Shown: piece after piece, positions 48,549 through 61,059 of the stretch
How the letters are laid out: every line of letters begins with the position of its first letter
Numbering within the stretch: the stretch's first letter is position 1
NCBI RefSeq assembly: GCF_018350175.1
Contig: NC_058368.1
Span: 64,730,001 to 64,794,000, forward strand
Direction: 5' to 3'
Source of the DNA: Felis catus
Taxonomy: Eukaryota
DNA length: 64,000 bases
Position numbers and translations under genes: made by a program
Notes under the pieces: generated by a model
What the model saw: the letters and a program-made list of their open reading frames with translations, nothing else
Told to the model about the DNA's origin: nothing
Databases searched by the model: none

Positions 48549-51418
48549 CTGTTGAATTCTGTGGCTCAGGTTGTGCAGCTTGTTGTGCTAATCCTCCAAT
48601 CAGTTTTCTAGGTGTGCAGGATGGCTTAGTGTAGTCTGGCTGTATTTCATGGACTCAAGACACACAAAAATCTTCCATGCTGTTCCGCCATCTTGGCTCC
48701 TCCAGCTTACATCCATTTGTATGATAAATGTTTTGCCATTCCTTCACTTTCAATCTGCAGGTGTTTTCAGGTCTGAAATGAGTCTCTTGTAGGAAGCATA
48801 TAGTTGGATTTTGTTTGTTTGTTTGTTTGTTTGTTTGTAATCCACTGTGCTGTCACCCTATGTCTTTTGATTGGAGCGTTAGTACATTTATATTCAGTTA
48901 TTATTGATATGTATATAGTTATTGCCGTTTTGTTAGTTGTTTTGTTCTTGTTTTTGTAGTTTTTCTCTGATCCATTTCTTGCTATTTTTCATGGTTTGTT
49001 GCCTTTTTTAGTGGTATACTTGGATTTCTTTCTGTTTATTCTTTGCATATCTATTACTGATTTTTGTGGTTAACATCAGATTTGCATATTACAGCTTTAC
49101 ATTTAACTGTCTATATTAAGTTGATGGTTTCTTAAGTTTGAAACCATTCTTTACTACTCTCCCACCCCTCCACATTTTAGGTATATGGTATCATATTTTA
49201 TGACTTTTTATTTTATGAACCCGTTGACTGATTTTTATAAAAATACTTATTTTTAAAGCTTTCATGTTTTTTTACTGTTCATACTCTTATATGGTCTTTC
49301 TTTTCCACTCAGTCTTCTTTAATATTTCTTATAGGGCCACTTTATTTAGTAGTCATGAACTCCTTTAACTTTTATTTGTCTGAGAAATTTTTTATCCTTT
49401 CTTCTGTTCTGAATTATACCCTTACTGGATAGAGTATTCTTGGCTGTAGATTTTTCCCTTTCAGTACTTTGAATTTATTATACCACTCCATTCTGGCCTA
49501 CAAAGTTTCTACTGAAAAATCCATTGATAGCTGTATGGGGTTTCCCTTAAATACATTGCTTGTATGTAACTGCCTTCTTTTGCTTCTTTTAATTTTTTTT
49601 AACACTACTTTTTGCCATTTTAATTACTATATGTTTTGCTGTGGACATCCTTGGGTTGAATTTTGTGGGAGATCTCTGTGGCCCCTGAATCTGGATATCT
49701 GTTTCCTTCCCCAGATTAGGGAATTTTTCAGCTATTATTTCTCCAAATAAAATTTCTGTCAACTTTTATCTCTCATCTTCTGGGATCCCTATAATACAAT
49801 TGTTATTATACTTGATGGAGTCACTGAGTTGCCTAAGACTGTTGTCAATTTGCCTAATTATTTTTCTCTAATTTGCCTAGCTCGATTACTTTCCATTACT
49901 CTGTCTTCCCTGTCATTAATTCACTTCTCTACTTCCTCTAGTGTGCTATTTATTCAATTAAGTGTATTTTAATTTTATTTTTTGTGCTCATCATTTTTGA
50001 TTGGTTCCTTTTTATCTCTTTGTAAGAGTCTCACTTATGTCCTCCACTCTTTTCTCAAGTCCAGTGAGTATCTTTATGATCATTACTTTAAATTCTCTAT
50101 CAGGCATATTTCTTATATATCTGTTTCATTTAGGTCACTTGCTGTGGTTTGGTCCTGTCGTTTCATTTGGGACATATTCCTCTGTCTTTCATTTTGTCTA
50201 ACTCTCTGTGTCTGTTTCTTTGTGTTAGGAAAGTCTGCTATGTTTCTTGCTCTTGAAGGTAACAGTCTAATGAAGAAGATGTCCTGTAGTGCCCTGCAGT
50301 GCAGTGTAGTCCCCTCGTCTCCAGGGCCTGGTGCCTCAGGACCATCTCTTTTGTGTGTTTCATGGCCTTCATTCTTGAGTCCTGATCTCTTTTTCCTACA
50401 GTCCGGTTGTCTGCAGGGGATTTCTTTGCCTGTAGTAGGCAATATATGATCCCCACCTACATGGGGCGTATTTTAACAAGGCATATGGGTCAGGAGAAGA
50501 GGCGTTGGTGGGGTTTGTGTCAGTCTTCTGGGGAAGGGGGTCTGCAGTGCAGGGACAAAGGGTAGTGTGACTGAGAAAGCACCATATGTCTAAGCATGAG
50601 GGGACAGGGCTTATTGTAAACATGTTAAGTAGTGAGAATAAGTCCTGGGCTGGATCCTGTAGGTGGCCATGTGTTTATGCTGGAAAATCAGGGAGGGAAA
50701 TGGCACATGCCAGCTCCTTTGTTCTTAGAGGGGTCTTCCTATGAATGCTGACTTTTCATGGCACACTCTGAGATGAGTAAATAATTCTTACTCAACTATG
50801 CCCCAGTCATTTTGCAAACTGACGATTCTATGCTGTACCTAGACAGGCTGTTTATATTACTGTTTCTTTAAGGGCAGTTTCTAATGCTCTCCAGGCTCTC
50901 CCAGAGTCAAGTGCACTGATTTTTAAAATTCCAGGCTTTAGGCCCTGCTGTTTGTAAAAACCCATGAAATTCAATTCCTCTTGATGTCAAAGCCAATTCT
51001 GGAGATTCATCTTTCCCATTCAGGATCTCTGACATGATACTCCCTTTCACACCCTTTTCCACACTCAGCTCCCTCCTTACCCCAGACAGTCAAGATCCAT
51101 TTCATTCTCTAACTATGTCTCCATCCTTCCTATCTTCTTCTATGTGTCCTTTTCTGTACCTTTACTTGTAGAGTTTGTTCTGTCAGCCTTTGGGTTATTT
51201 TTCAGATTGTTTATGCTGAGTGTTACCTAGTTGTATCTCTGGGATGAGGAGAGCTCAGGGTTCTCCCACTCTGCCATCTTCCCTCCCTCTCATTTCCCAA
51301 ATTGCCAACTTCAGACAGACCATTCCTAAGAAGAAATGATCGTTATTTCCAGCTGCTTACTGGATTTAGCCACCTGTGTATCCCAAAGATGTCTTAAATT
51401 TGATCTATTTAAAATCCT

Positions 51419-51594
51419 GGGGCACCCGGGTGGCTCAGTCAGTCAAGTGTCTGACTTTGGCTTGGTTCATGATTTCACAGCTCATGAATTCAAGCCCCAC
51501 ATTGTGTTCTGTGCTGAAAGCTCAGAGCCTGGAACCTGCTTTGGATTCCATGTCTCCCACTCTCTCTCTCAAAAATAATAAACATTAAAAAATC
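51419..51594 (+). mobile_element. CanSINE
   Basis: ggggcacccgggtggctcagtcagtcaagtgtctgactttggc...ctcaaaaataataaacatt. Confidence 0.93.
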
Positions 51595-51619
51595 AAAATC
51601 TTATTTATCATGTATTAAA

Positions 51620-52075
51620 TAATCATTTATTATCCAATGTCCATTGAAGATTCAGTGGTAAAAGTTGTATCCCTGCCAGTACTTGTAGCCTCTTGAGGGA
51701 GCAGACATTATTCAGGTAACTGCACTGGGAAAGTAAAATTACAACTGGAGAATGCTCTGAAGGAAGGAAAGAAGGTTCTTCTGAGGTGTGCAAGAAGAAA
51801 GCCACTCTTCATTTGGGGGGCTGATGTTTGCTAAGGAAATGATCTCTGAGCTAAGTTATGAGGTTGAAGAGGAAAGGAAGACTGTATCAGTTGAGGAGAA
51901 GGAGTGGAAAGTCCCTGAGGCAAAGCAGAAGGTGATGCACTGGAAATATTGCAAGGAATACTGATCGAACACAGAATGAAGCAGAGAAGAGACCAGACGT
52001 GAACTGACCATACAGAACCTTGTGAGCTACTTTAAAGGCTTGAGTGTTTATAATTTCAGCAGGGAAAGCATCTTG
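51620..52075 (-). mobile_element. L2 fragment
   Basis: Antisense L2 3' region pattern (gagggagcagacattattcaggtaac...gatctctgagctaag...). Confidence 0.6.
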
Positions 52076-52082
52076 GCATTAT

Positions 52083-52085
<3 letters not shown>

Positions 52086-52130
<45 letters not shown>
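52086..52130. repeat. (TG)n microsatellite
   Basis: Directly visible. Confidence 0.97.
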
Positions 52131-52133
<3 letters not shown>

Positions 52134-52199
52134 CTGTCCTAAATGGCATTAAAGTTGGCTACATATGAATTTAAGCATACTTTATTCCCTAGATTAGCT

Positions 52200-52785
52200 G
52201 TTCGTTATTTTAAACTGCTAAAGAACATACACTTAAGTGTTCATAAAAATAAATGTACAGCATAACAAATTTATATAAAGTGAACACCAAAAACTCCTCA
52301 CTTATATCATAAAATCAAACACTTCCAATGCTCTAGAAATCTTATGTATCCCTTTTCCAATCACATTGCCCTTTCTTGCACTGAAAAGGTAGTGACTACA
52401 CTGCCCAAAGTTTTATAGAAATCATCCCTTTACTATTTGTATGGTTTTACCACTTAAATACACATCCCTAACCATTATTGTATATTTTCCTTTTATATGC
52501 TCACATAAATGGAATTGTAAAGCATATAGTCTTTGTGGATGACTTCACTATACATTTTCTTTTTCTAATTTGTTCATTTCTTATGACTACATGTAGTTCA
52601 TTCATTTGGGGATTATATAGGATTTCTTGTATGGATATACCACAATTTATTTACCTATTGTCTTGATGATAGACACTTTCAATATTTCTCTTATTTTAAT
52701 GGTTCCAAGTCATGCCATTGAGAACATTCTTGAATATCCTGGCACATATTGTTATGCCATTTTCCTAGAATAAATACCCACAAAT
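52200..52785 (-). mobile_element. L1ME-like 3' fragment
   Basis: ttatataaagtgaacacc...cataaatggaattgtaaagcatatagtctttgtgg...gtatggatataccacaatttatttacctatt. Confidence 0.75.
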
Positions 52786-53087
52786 ATATACAATCATATA
52801 TATGAGTATATTTAAATCAATAAACATGTAATAATAATATAAATTATGTACTATTATATCTCTTTTCCTATATTCTATTTTTCATTTTTATTGTCTGCAC
52901 CATTATAGATCATTTCTCCTTTCCTATCTTTCAGTTAATTATCTCTTCTGCATCTTATCAATTGAGTTCTTAATTTAAACTATTGTTTTGGTTGTTGCAT
53001 TGTTTTAGTTCCAGAATTTCTTCTAGCTTTTTTGTTAAATTAAAAAATACAGATCATCCCAACACATTTCTCAAATGAGTAGTCTAT

Positions 53088-53318
53088 ATTTGTCTAATAC
53101 ATTGTTTTGTATGATGGAAATGTTCATAATATAGTTGTTTGTTATGATGGAAATGAATCAGTATTGCACAATATGGTATCACCTAGCTACATATAACTAA
53201 TAAGATGTTGAAATGTGGCAAACGAAACTGAAGAATTAAAATTTTACTTTTATTTTAATTATTTAAAATTTAAAGTTAAATCACCACGTTTCTAATAACT
53301 TTCATATTAGACAGCAAA
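53088..53318. mobile_element. MER3/MER33-like hAT-Charlie MITE
   Basis: gtctaata...tgatggaaatgttc...caatatggtatcacctagctacat...ttgaaatgtggc...aactgaagaattaaaatttt...atattagacagc. Confidence 0.75.
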
Positions 53319-54039
53319 GTTCTGTAGGCTGTGCTTTTGTCATGAGGCTGTATCTTCACCATCCAGTTATACTTAAATAAAAAGAACTGACATGTTCCAT
53401 CTGAAAATTTTGAGAAATATAAACAGTTATAATCAGTTAAGTAAGATCCACCCATCAACATTCACATTTGTTCCAAACACATATATATGTGTACACATAA
53501 CCCAAAGGATACATGTATATGTATATTTGTATATATACATACATATATATGTATATTTGTGTCTGAGGTTTTATATATATATGTACATATATATACACAT
53601 ACATGCAATATACAGATAATAAGCTTTTGCAATGTTGTAATTTGTACTTTTATATAGCCTTCCATTTTTATATAACATTTATCAAATAATTTTGCCATTA
53701 CAAAATCTCTAGAATCATAGTCTATAATGAATATTGAGATTTCGTCTTTTGTTTCTGTCATAATTAAGCATATTCTATTGCTGAACATTTAGACCTTTTA
53801 TAATATTTTGCTACTATATTTAAACCTGGTTGATTTCTTAGGATGACAGAGATAGGATGAAATTGCTAGAATAAATTATCCAAATATTAAAACATGCTTG
53901 TCATATACTGCTAAACTGCTTTCCGGAAAAGTTTTGCCAATTTAAGTTTCTATTAGAGTAACATAAGTATGCATGCTCTTCTTAATGGTATATTTTTTGT
54001 CATTTGATTTGAGTTTTCACCACCAAATGTAACTCTCTA

Positions 54040-54900
54040 AGTATGTAAAGGATATCTTCTATTTATCACCTAACATTTTTATCAATTCTTTTTATATTTA
54101 AACTCTTTGAAGCTTAAGGCTGAAACTGCCCTGTCCATTTTGAACCTTTCTCTTATCTTTGCCTCCTTGAAATCATATTGTTTTGTGTTTGTTCTCTTAT
54201 TTCTCCTCCACCTCTTTCTGTCACCTTTCTTTCCTGTCTCTACATGTGGTATTTGCCATAGTTCTGATATTCCTTAATATCTTTGTTCCATAGCCTCTTT
54301 CTTAAATTCCTTTCCTTGTCTCATTCAGCTCTCCTATCTTCAAAACTGAATCTCAAATCTATTTCGAGCCTGTCATGTCTTTCAAGATCAAGTCTCACTT
54401 TTCCAATATGACTTCTAAATATTTGGTTGCTTGTTCCTACTGACACCTATTATGTCTAGATCTGAATTTTAATGTTGTCCATACCCCCAAGCCCAACCTA
54501 ACCCAACTCCTGATATGTCCTAATTTTCCCTTTATGTAAGTCATCTCATTGTTATCTGGGCTCAAAAAGCTCTTGTTTCTTTCTTCCTTTATCTCACTTA
54601 TCCATTCAGGTCATCAGGAATGATTGAGTCTTTACTTCCAATATCAGTCAAAAGCATGCCTTAACTTCTGGTCCTGTTGTTTCCATGTTAGAACAGGCCC
54701 TTATAACCAAGGCTTTTCTTTTAAATAGTGTTTCTGCTTTTAAACTTTCCTTTCATTAATCTATTCTTCAGTGTTTCTAAATGAATCTACTTAGTTTATC
54801 ATTTTGAGGTACTATTCTCTTCATCAAAAGTCTTCAATATCTTTCTGTTGTCTTCTAAGCACCCTAAGTTCCATAATTTGTAATTTATCTATCTACCCAG
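54040..54900 (+). mobile_element. L2 fragment
   Basis: Pyrimidine-rich L2 ORF2/3' pattern (ctgaatctcaaatctatttcgagcc...). Confidence 0.55.
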
Positions 54901-54929
54901 CCATTCAAAATGCATTGAGTGCCTACATG

Positions 54930-55300
54930 AAGTTCTCTTCAGAGCACTGTCATTTAGCTCCTGGAGCTACTTGGCTCTCATGTGAAGAGGTCTGGAAGTG
55001 CCTGGGGGTTTTCTTCCCCCCAAGACTTCTACCAAATAATGACTGAGAGTTGCAGAAGTAAGAAAGCTCCAGATTCATTACTTGGATTTTAAAAGCTCTG
55101 AGGTTTGTAGTTCTAAATGTGAACACTCAAGTTTCCTTGCAGCCTCAGACTGAAGCCTATTCTCTCTGGGTTTTTTTACTGAGATATTACCCCTACCTGG
55201 CCTCTCCTTATTGGCCCTTCTTCAGCCTCTGTCTTATCTAGCTACCCTGGTAGTGTTTCCTGAATGAATAAGTTGCACAGAAGTTGTCGTTGGCAGGACA
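54930..55300 (+). mobile_element. ERVL LTR (LTR16/LTR33-like) relic
   Basis: agctccag...ctctgaggtttgtagttct...ttattggcccttcttc...gtgtttcctgaatgaataagttgcac. Confidence 0.45.
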
Positions 55301-56239
55301 CTTTTATTCAAACTAGAGACATTATCACTACTACAAAGAAGCTTACACCAAGTAGGAAAACAGGCATACAAACTAGCAATTTCAATTTTGATATATCTGC
55401 CATAATAGTCGTATTTTCAAAGTCCAGTAAGATGGGAAGAAATACCTACTTCAGATGAGAGACATTGAAATGGAATGTCTGAATCCTGAGAATAATGTCT
55501 GACCTGAAAATAAGTCTTACTTCTTATTTGAGGAAGAAAGCAAAGAGAAACTATTCAGAAGGAATAGCATAGGTAAAAATGTCATGATGTTAGAACATGA
55601 ATTTTTTTAAGAACTGCAAATAACCTAAATAATTCATTGTTATCAAAGTACAGAACACAGGAAAAAAATGAGGAATTTGTTCTGGCAGGAGAGTAAAATG
55701 GCAGAAATCTGGACTCAAAGTATCCATTGAGTACCTTAAAGAGTTCATCTGTTTTATCCATTGAAGATGGTAAAGAAATGAAGAAACCAGGACATTGATG
55801 CCATCAGATTTAGAGTTTGAACAATTACTCTGACAGCATTAGTTGCCTGTAGGGGTAGCCCAGAGAAAGGATTATCATAAATTGAATACCATGGTGGATA
55901 AAAAATGCTGAGGAGGGATGATAATGAGAGATAATAGAAGGAACGACTGGAAGTGCTTAATAATTCATTAAGTCTGGGAATAGATATAGGAGATTCTAGG
56001 CTTTGGACCCCTCCCAGTAATGAAATTCAATGGACATTTTTTAGTCTTTATCTTAATATAATGTAACATTTCCCTTTTTTGTGCAGGTTCTTGTTCAATT
56101 ATTTTGCTAGATTTTCTGTATTTTCCAAATTCTCTGTATTGACAATCTATAAAACGTTCACTTTTTAAACAGTGTAGGTGGTAAAAGGGAATCATAACAA
56201 AGACTACTTACTAAAGAATTTTTAGGCTAATTACATAAA

Positions 56240-56905
56240 AGGATTTTAAGTAATATTTGTATGGAAAAAAAACTCTCCAAATGCACACATAACTAAAGAA
56301 ATGTCAATTAAACCAATATCAGATTGGCAAAAATTTTAAGTATAATATATCCAATTTGGGCAGGTAGGGAAGAAAGAAACATGCTAACACACTATTGGTG
56401 AGAATGTAATAGATAGAATTTCTAGAGAGCAATTAAACACTCTCTGCCCAATTAAGATGCTTATTCCTTTGATCCACCAATGTTACTGTTAATAATTTGA
56501 AATACAAATCAATTTAGAAAAGTATATGAAGATGCTTATTATGCTATATTTGTAATAGCAAAAACAAAAACCCTGAAAGTTATTTAAAAGTCCAGTAATG
56601 GCAACTAATTGAATACATTATAAAATGACCATGCCATAGAAGGTTATTCAAATATTCTATAGAATGCACTCAGATGGAAATGGCCAATAAATATCTGGTT
56701 GCAATAGAATGGTGCAAACGGTTTTGTAGAGTATATTCTGATCACCACATAATGAGAATATACATGAATTAAAAATTTCTGCAAAGATGCATCTGAAAGT
56801 GGTAACAGAGTCTACTACTTGCATTGCCAATGAAGTATCTTTGCTATTGTCATATATTTTTTTCCTAGAACAAATAGTAGATTGGTTTTAAAATGAATAA
56901 AAAGA
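56240..56905 (+). mobile_element. L1ME-like 3' fragment
   Basis: atcagattggcaaaaattttaag...acactattggtgagaatgtaa...agagagcaatt...ccttt gatccaccaat. Confidence 0.7.
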
Positions 56906-57019
56906 AAGGGGCAATAATAAGATAATCCAGGGAAGCAGTGTAGTAGTCATATGTGTGCGAACAGAGGGGATGAAAGGTGAAAATTTTATGTAATTCTCTT
57001 GAAATTAAATAAAAATAAA

Positions 57020-57160
57020 ATGCTCATAGGAACACCTTAGAACAGTAGGAAGGTCATTTACAGATAGGGAAATAGAGGCTAATAACATACTTCCTAAGTA
57101 TCTAATGGGGGACTAGAATTTAGATCTCTTGACCGCTTGCCTAATACTCTCTCCATTATT
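57020..57160 (-). mobile_element. MIR fragment
   Basis: catttacagatagggaaatagaggct...gactagaatttagatctcttgac. Confidence 0.6.
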
Positions 57161-57291
57161 TAAGTAATAGTGTATCTATGACAAGAAAATTAAATCAACT
57201 AAGATGCAAAAGTTCTCAGCCAATATTTTTACTTTCTCTGAATATATGGAATTGATTTTAAGTTCATAAATAGATTTTAAAAATTTGGAGA

Positions 57292-57492
57292 GGGGCGCCT
57301 GGGTGGCTCAGTCAGTAAGCGTCCAACTTTGACTCAGGTCGCGATCTCGCGTTTCATGTGTTTGAGCCGCGCATCGGGCTCTGCTGACAGCTCAGAGCAT
57401 GGAGCCTGCTTTGGATTCTGTGTCTCCCTCTCTCTCCTCCTCTGCCTCTCTTGCACTCTGTCTCTGTCTCTCTCTCAAAAATAAATAAACAA

Positions 57493-57532
<40 letters not shown>

Positions 57533-57534
57533 TT
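57292..57534 (+). mobile_element. Felid CanSINE with (ATT)n tail
   Basis: TSD aatttggagag at 57282-57292 and 57535-57545. Confidence 0.96.
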
Positions 57535-57636
57535 AATTTGGAGAGCTGGCTGTGAAGAGATATTTGGAATTAGAGGCAAATAAATGATGTAGTAGCACCT
57601 AAAACTTTGTAAGGAAGAACATACCAAATAACTTAC

Positions 57637-57774
57637 CTATTTCACACATAAACTGACATGTCCCCAATCAGCACTGTATAATCTTAAACACAGTATAATC
57701 TGGAGCAGCACCAGTTGATTCCTTTGTTGCTCTAAAGTATAAATGCCGAATCGTACAGAATTTCAAGTATAATT
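57637..57774 (-). other. Candidate spliced exon, non-coding in all three frames
   Basis: Acceptor ttccttctcatttttcatAG, donor tag|GTAAGT, 138 nt, in unique sequence. Confidence 0.3.
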
Positions 57775-58920
57775 CTATGAAAAATGAGAAGGAATCACTA
57801 CGAATGTGTGTGAAAAGACTATTATGTACTTCCCTTTGTTAGAGTAGCTTTATATTGAAAATAGTAATGATTTATTAGCAAAAAAATTTAATTACTTTAC
57901 CCAACTACTTCTAAATTACAAATAGATTTCATTATTTTAGGATAATAGGGAATAGATTTTCTTTTGTGATTTTCAGTGTATTAGCAATGAATTTTTTCTA
58001 GTTTTGTTCAAGATACTTCATCCAATGCTTCATTCAAATTGTCACTGATTTCTTACTATGTATTGAATTGATATATTAGTCTTATATATATATTTGCCAA
58101 ATTCAATATTACCAATTTAATAAACTGAGGGAAATAAAATGAAAAAGTAGTGAATATTTAATGATAAAATTTAATTTTATGTCAATGTGTTGCTTTGCTT
58201 TTATAATTAATCATAACTTACTCTAATTTAAAACATTATCAATAATTAAAATTCTATATTCCATATAATCAATATTTTGTACGTATGTCACTTCCTACAA
58301 GTATTCTAATTCCAGCTTAGTAAATTTATATGTAAATGTATTTTGCAAGTTGGATAATCTTAGAAGATTAACTTGAAGTTGCAAGTAGAGTAGTAAATTA
58401 AAATTTTCATTTCCTATGCTGGAGAGCAGTTTTAATAAAATCTGAAATGTAGATATTAGCGTTCACCACTTAAAATTTGTCATTAGGCATTCGGACTAAA
58501 ATCTTGAAATATATAGAAGAGGTACATCCATTCCTTAAATTCCCAATACTGTACATGCTATGAGAATGTAGGATATTTCAAGGAGATTAGTGTAAGTCAA
58601 TAGTTAATCACAAATATTTAACAGAGGAACTATATTGTGGACCTTATATTTCCCTCCTCTTTGCTTCAGGAAAAGATCTCGCTCATCACTCATTAGCATA
58701 TGGTCCTATGGAGTTCTTAAATGGGAAATTTGTTGCCCTGAACATCTCAACATCATTGGCTTTATGTTTAATTTTTGATGGATGATGATATAGCCCTACA
58801 AAATAGGCATAAAAAGGTATTTTGGTTGAAATTTTGCCCGAGATTAGTTGGAAGGGAGTACATTTCTGATCTACCTTTTCAGTTTTTTTAAGATTCAAGA
58901 TCTTGAACAGAGATATGTAA

Positions 58921-58922
<2 letters not shown>

Positions 58923-58962
<40 letters not shown>
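58923..58962. repeat. (TG)n microsatellite
   Basis: Directly visible. Confidence 0.97.
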
Positions 58963-58965
<3 letters not shown>

Positions 58966-61015
58966 ACAACTGTATTCTGTTCATAAAAAGGTCAGTTAGT
59001 ACTTCCAAACTGAAACTATTTTAAAAAGAGAGAATCGATGAATTCTAGAGAGGAGGAATTGATGCGTGGTGGAAGGGAGAGTGGTGAGATTTGGATAATG
59101 CTGAGCTCTCAGAAAAAAAAAAAAAAAAAAAGGCCACGGGTGGAACCAGAAGCCCTTAGTTTTTCACTCACAATAGAGACAGAGACACAAAGATACAGAA
59201 AAAATAGAGAAAAATCAAACCATAAAGATAGCGCCTCACAGAATCAAAAATAAGAGTTTTCCTCTTCCCCTTCATGGGTTATAAAGGTTATGAAATGGAG
59301 GACTTCCACATAATCAAGAGAAGACAGCCCATAGAAGGGACATACTTGCTGTAATAGAGAGCTATAAGAAATCCAGACCCAGAAAGAGCAGCTATTACTG
59401 ATGCCTTGAAGGAGTTGTCCTAAGACATCTGCCCACTGCAGATGAGGTGAACAGACACTTGTTTTATTGTGGAATATGTTGGACTTTTGATTATGTGCAA
59501 AAAGAATGCATATTTTGTTGAGATCATTCCAAAGTTTGATTTATGTGTGAATTGGGATACAGTCCAACAATAACTAATTATTGAGAAAATTTATCTAAAA
59601 GTGGATAAAGTCATAAGTTACTCTAAAATTTCTGTAAATTTGGTAGGCATATTTCCTAGGAATTTCAGATGAGCAGAAGTATCAAGAAAGAAAATCAATC
59701 AGGAGTAATTTCTGTGTTACAGGCACTCTGAAGAACTATTTAAATGTTTAACACTATAAATAGTCTTTGCTGTAATATTTTAAACTGTTGTCTTTAAACT
59801 TTGGTTTTCTTTTTTATGCATTTATGCAATATGCATGTGTGATTGCACACAATTTTCAATGAAATAAATGTTTTAAAATAAGTCTTTACTATTACTAATA
59901 CATTTCACTATGGGAAAATTCAGAGTTTCTTTTGCTTTTGGTGTTAGTTATTATCATTGCAGAAAGTTTGATACTATAAAAATTAACTGAGAACTTTGAC
60001 TTAAATCAGCCTAAGGCAGTGAAAACATATTTTCTTGTTCCTGTTTCATCATATACTTATATATAACAGAAATGGTGAGGCCAAAAGATCCAAGTATTAA
60101 AACTTTGGAGAGCAGAGAGAGTACCAACAATCTGTACCCAAGCTGAGTCTAAACTGTTTTGAAGCCACATCTTATCAGCATCCCTTTAGAATTTAAATTT
60201 AATATTCAGGAAGAGTATGTTTCAATCTTTTTATAGCTGCATGTAACTTTAAAAGATTTCATATTTAATGCTAAAATTGCCTCTGACTATTATATTCCTA
60301 AAGGTTTTCAATTCTTTCTTGGCTCAATTCCTGATTTCAGTTTTTGTTGTTTCTTTTCATGAAAAAGTAATATTTAGCTCTACAATGTTTTATTTGACAT
60401 TAAGGGGAGAACATCATTTTTGACAAAGCAAAATAAGCTTGAGTAAACTTTTGGCCTGCGATAAAAGTTTTACCTTATAAAATTGGATTTTAGACATTTT
60501 TTCTCATAAAAATAACAATTACATAAACCTTACCCAAAATGTAATTATAGGAATTAATTTCAAGTGAATTAAAATATTTTAATGAATTTTATTTGAAATG
60601 TTTATGATTGGAAAACAGTGATTATACTTCAATAACTGCTTATACTATATATAAATCAATTTGTTAATTTTAGAACATTTGTAGCACATTTAATTTTAAT
60701 TTCCAGACAACACACTCATGCAAACACATCCTTATTTTAATGAAACTATTCCCAGAATAATAAAGCTACTATAATCAGAATGAATAAAAATATATCAAAT
60801 GATGATTCTTCATAAAATGCCTAGTGTCAAATGTCCTGCTGTTAATTACACCACAGACTTAAAATACTTACATTACTTCATTATTTATAGTAATATAATT
60901 TGCTATATACACAAGAATATCACTTTTGTAACCAAGAGCTCAGGTAAGCTGCTAATCTTTTGTTCTTCCTAAAACATCTATGCCTTAAGAAGCTAATTCA
61001 TGGTTACTTTCCATT

Positions 61016-61017
<2 letters not shown>

Positions 61018-61059
<42 letters not shown>
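61018..61059. repeat. (ATT)n microsatellite
   Basis: Directly visible. Confidence 0.97.

Larger units (their letters stand above)
43312..48703 (-). mobile_element. Younger felid/carnivore L1 nested in host L1
   Basis: 5' terminus ggaggagccaagatggcggaacagcatggaag at 48703; ORF1, ORF2 and partial 3'UTR with long open stretches. Confidence 0.95.
39963..51293 (-). mobile_element. Older carnivore L1 with both termini (host), inserted in an L2; segments 39963-43311 and 48706-51293
   Basis: T-tail at 39963; decayed ORF2 and ORF1 (QRNMSQMK near 50190); ~1.1 kb 5'UTR with terminus gagggagggaagatggcagag; TSD ttcccaaattgc(t/c)aactt at 39945-39962 and 51294-51311. Confidence 0.93.

Noticed and set aside
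58686..58967. 93-aa minus-strand ORF with an internal acceptor near 58795
   Set aside because: It starts in a (CA)n repeat, has no convincing donor and no recognisable protein similarity.
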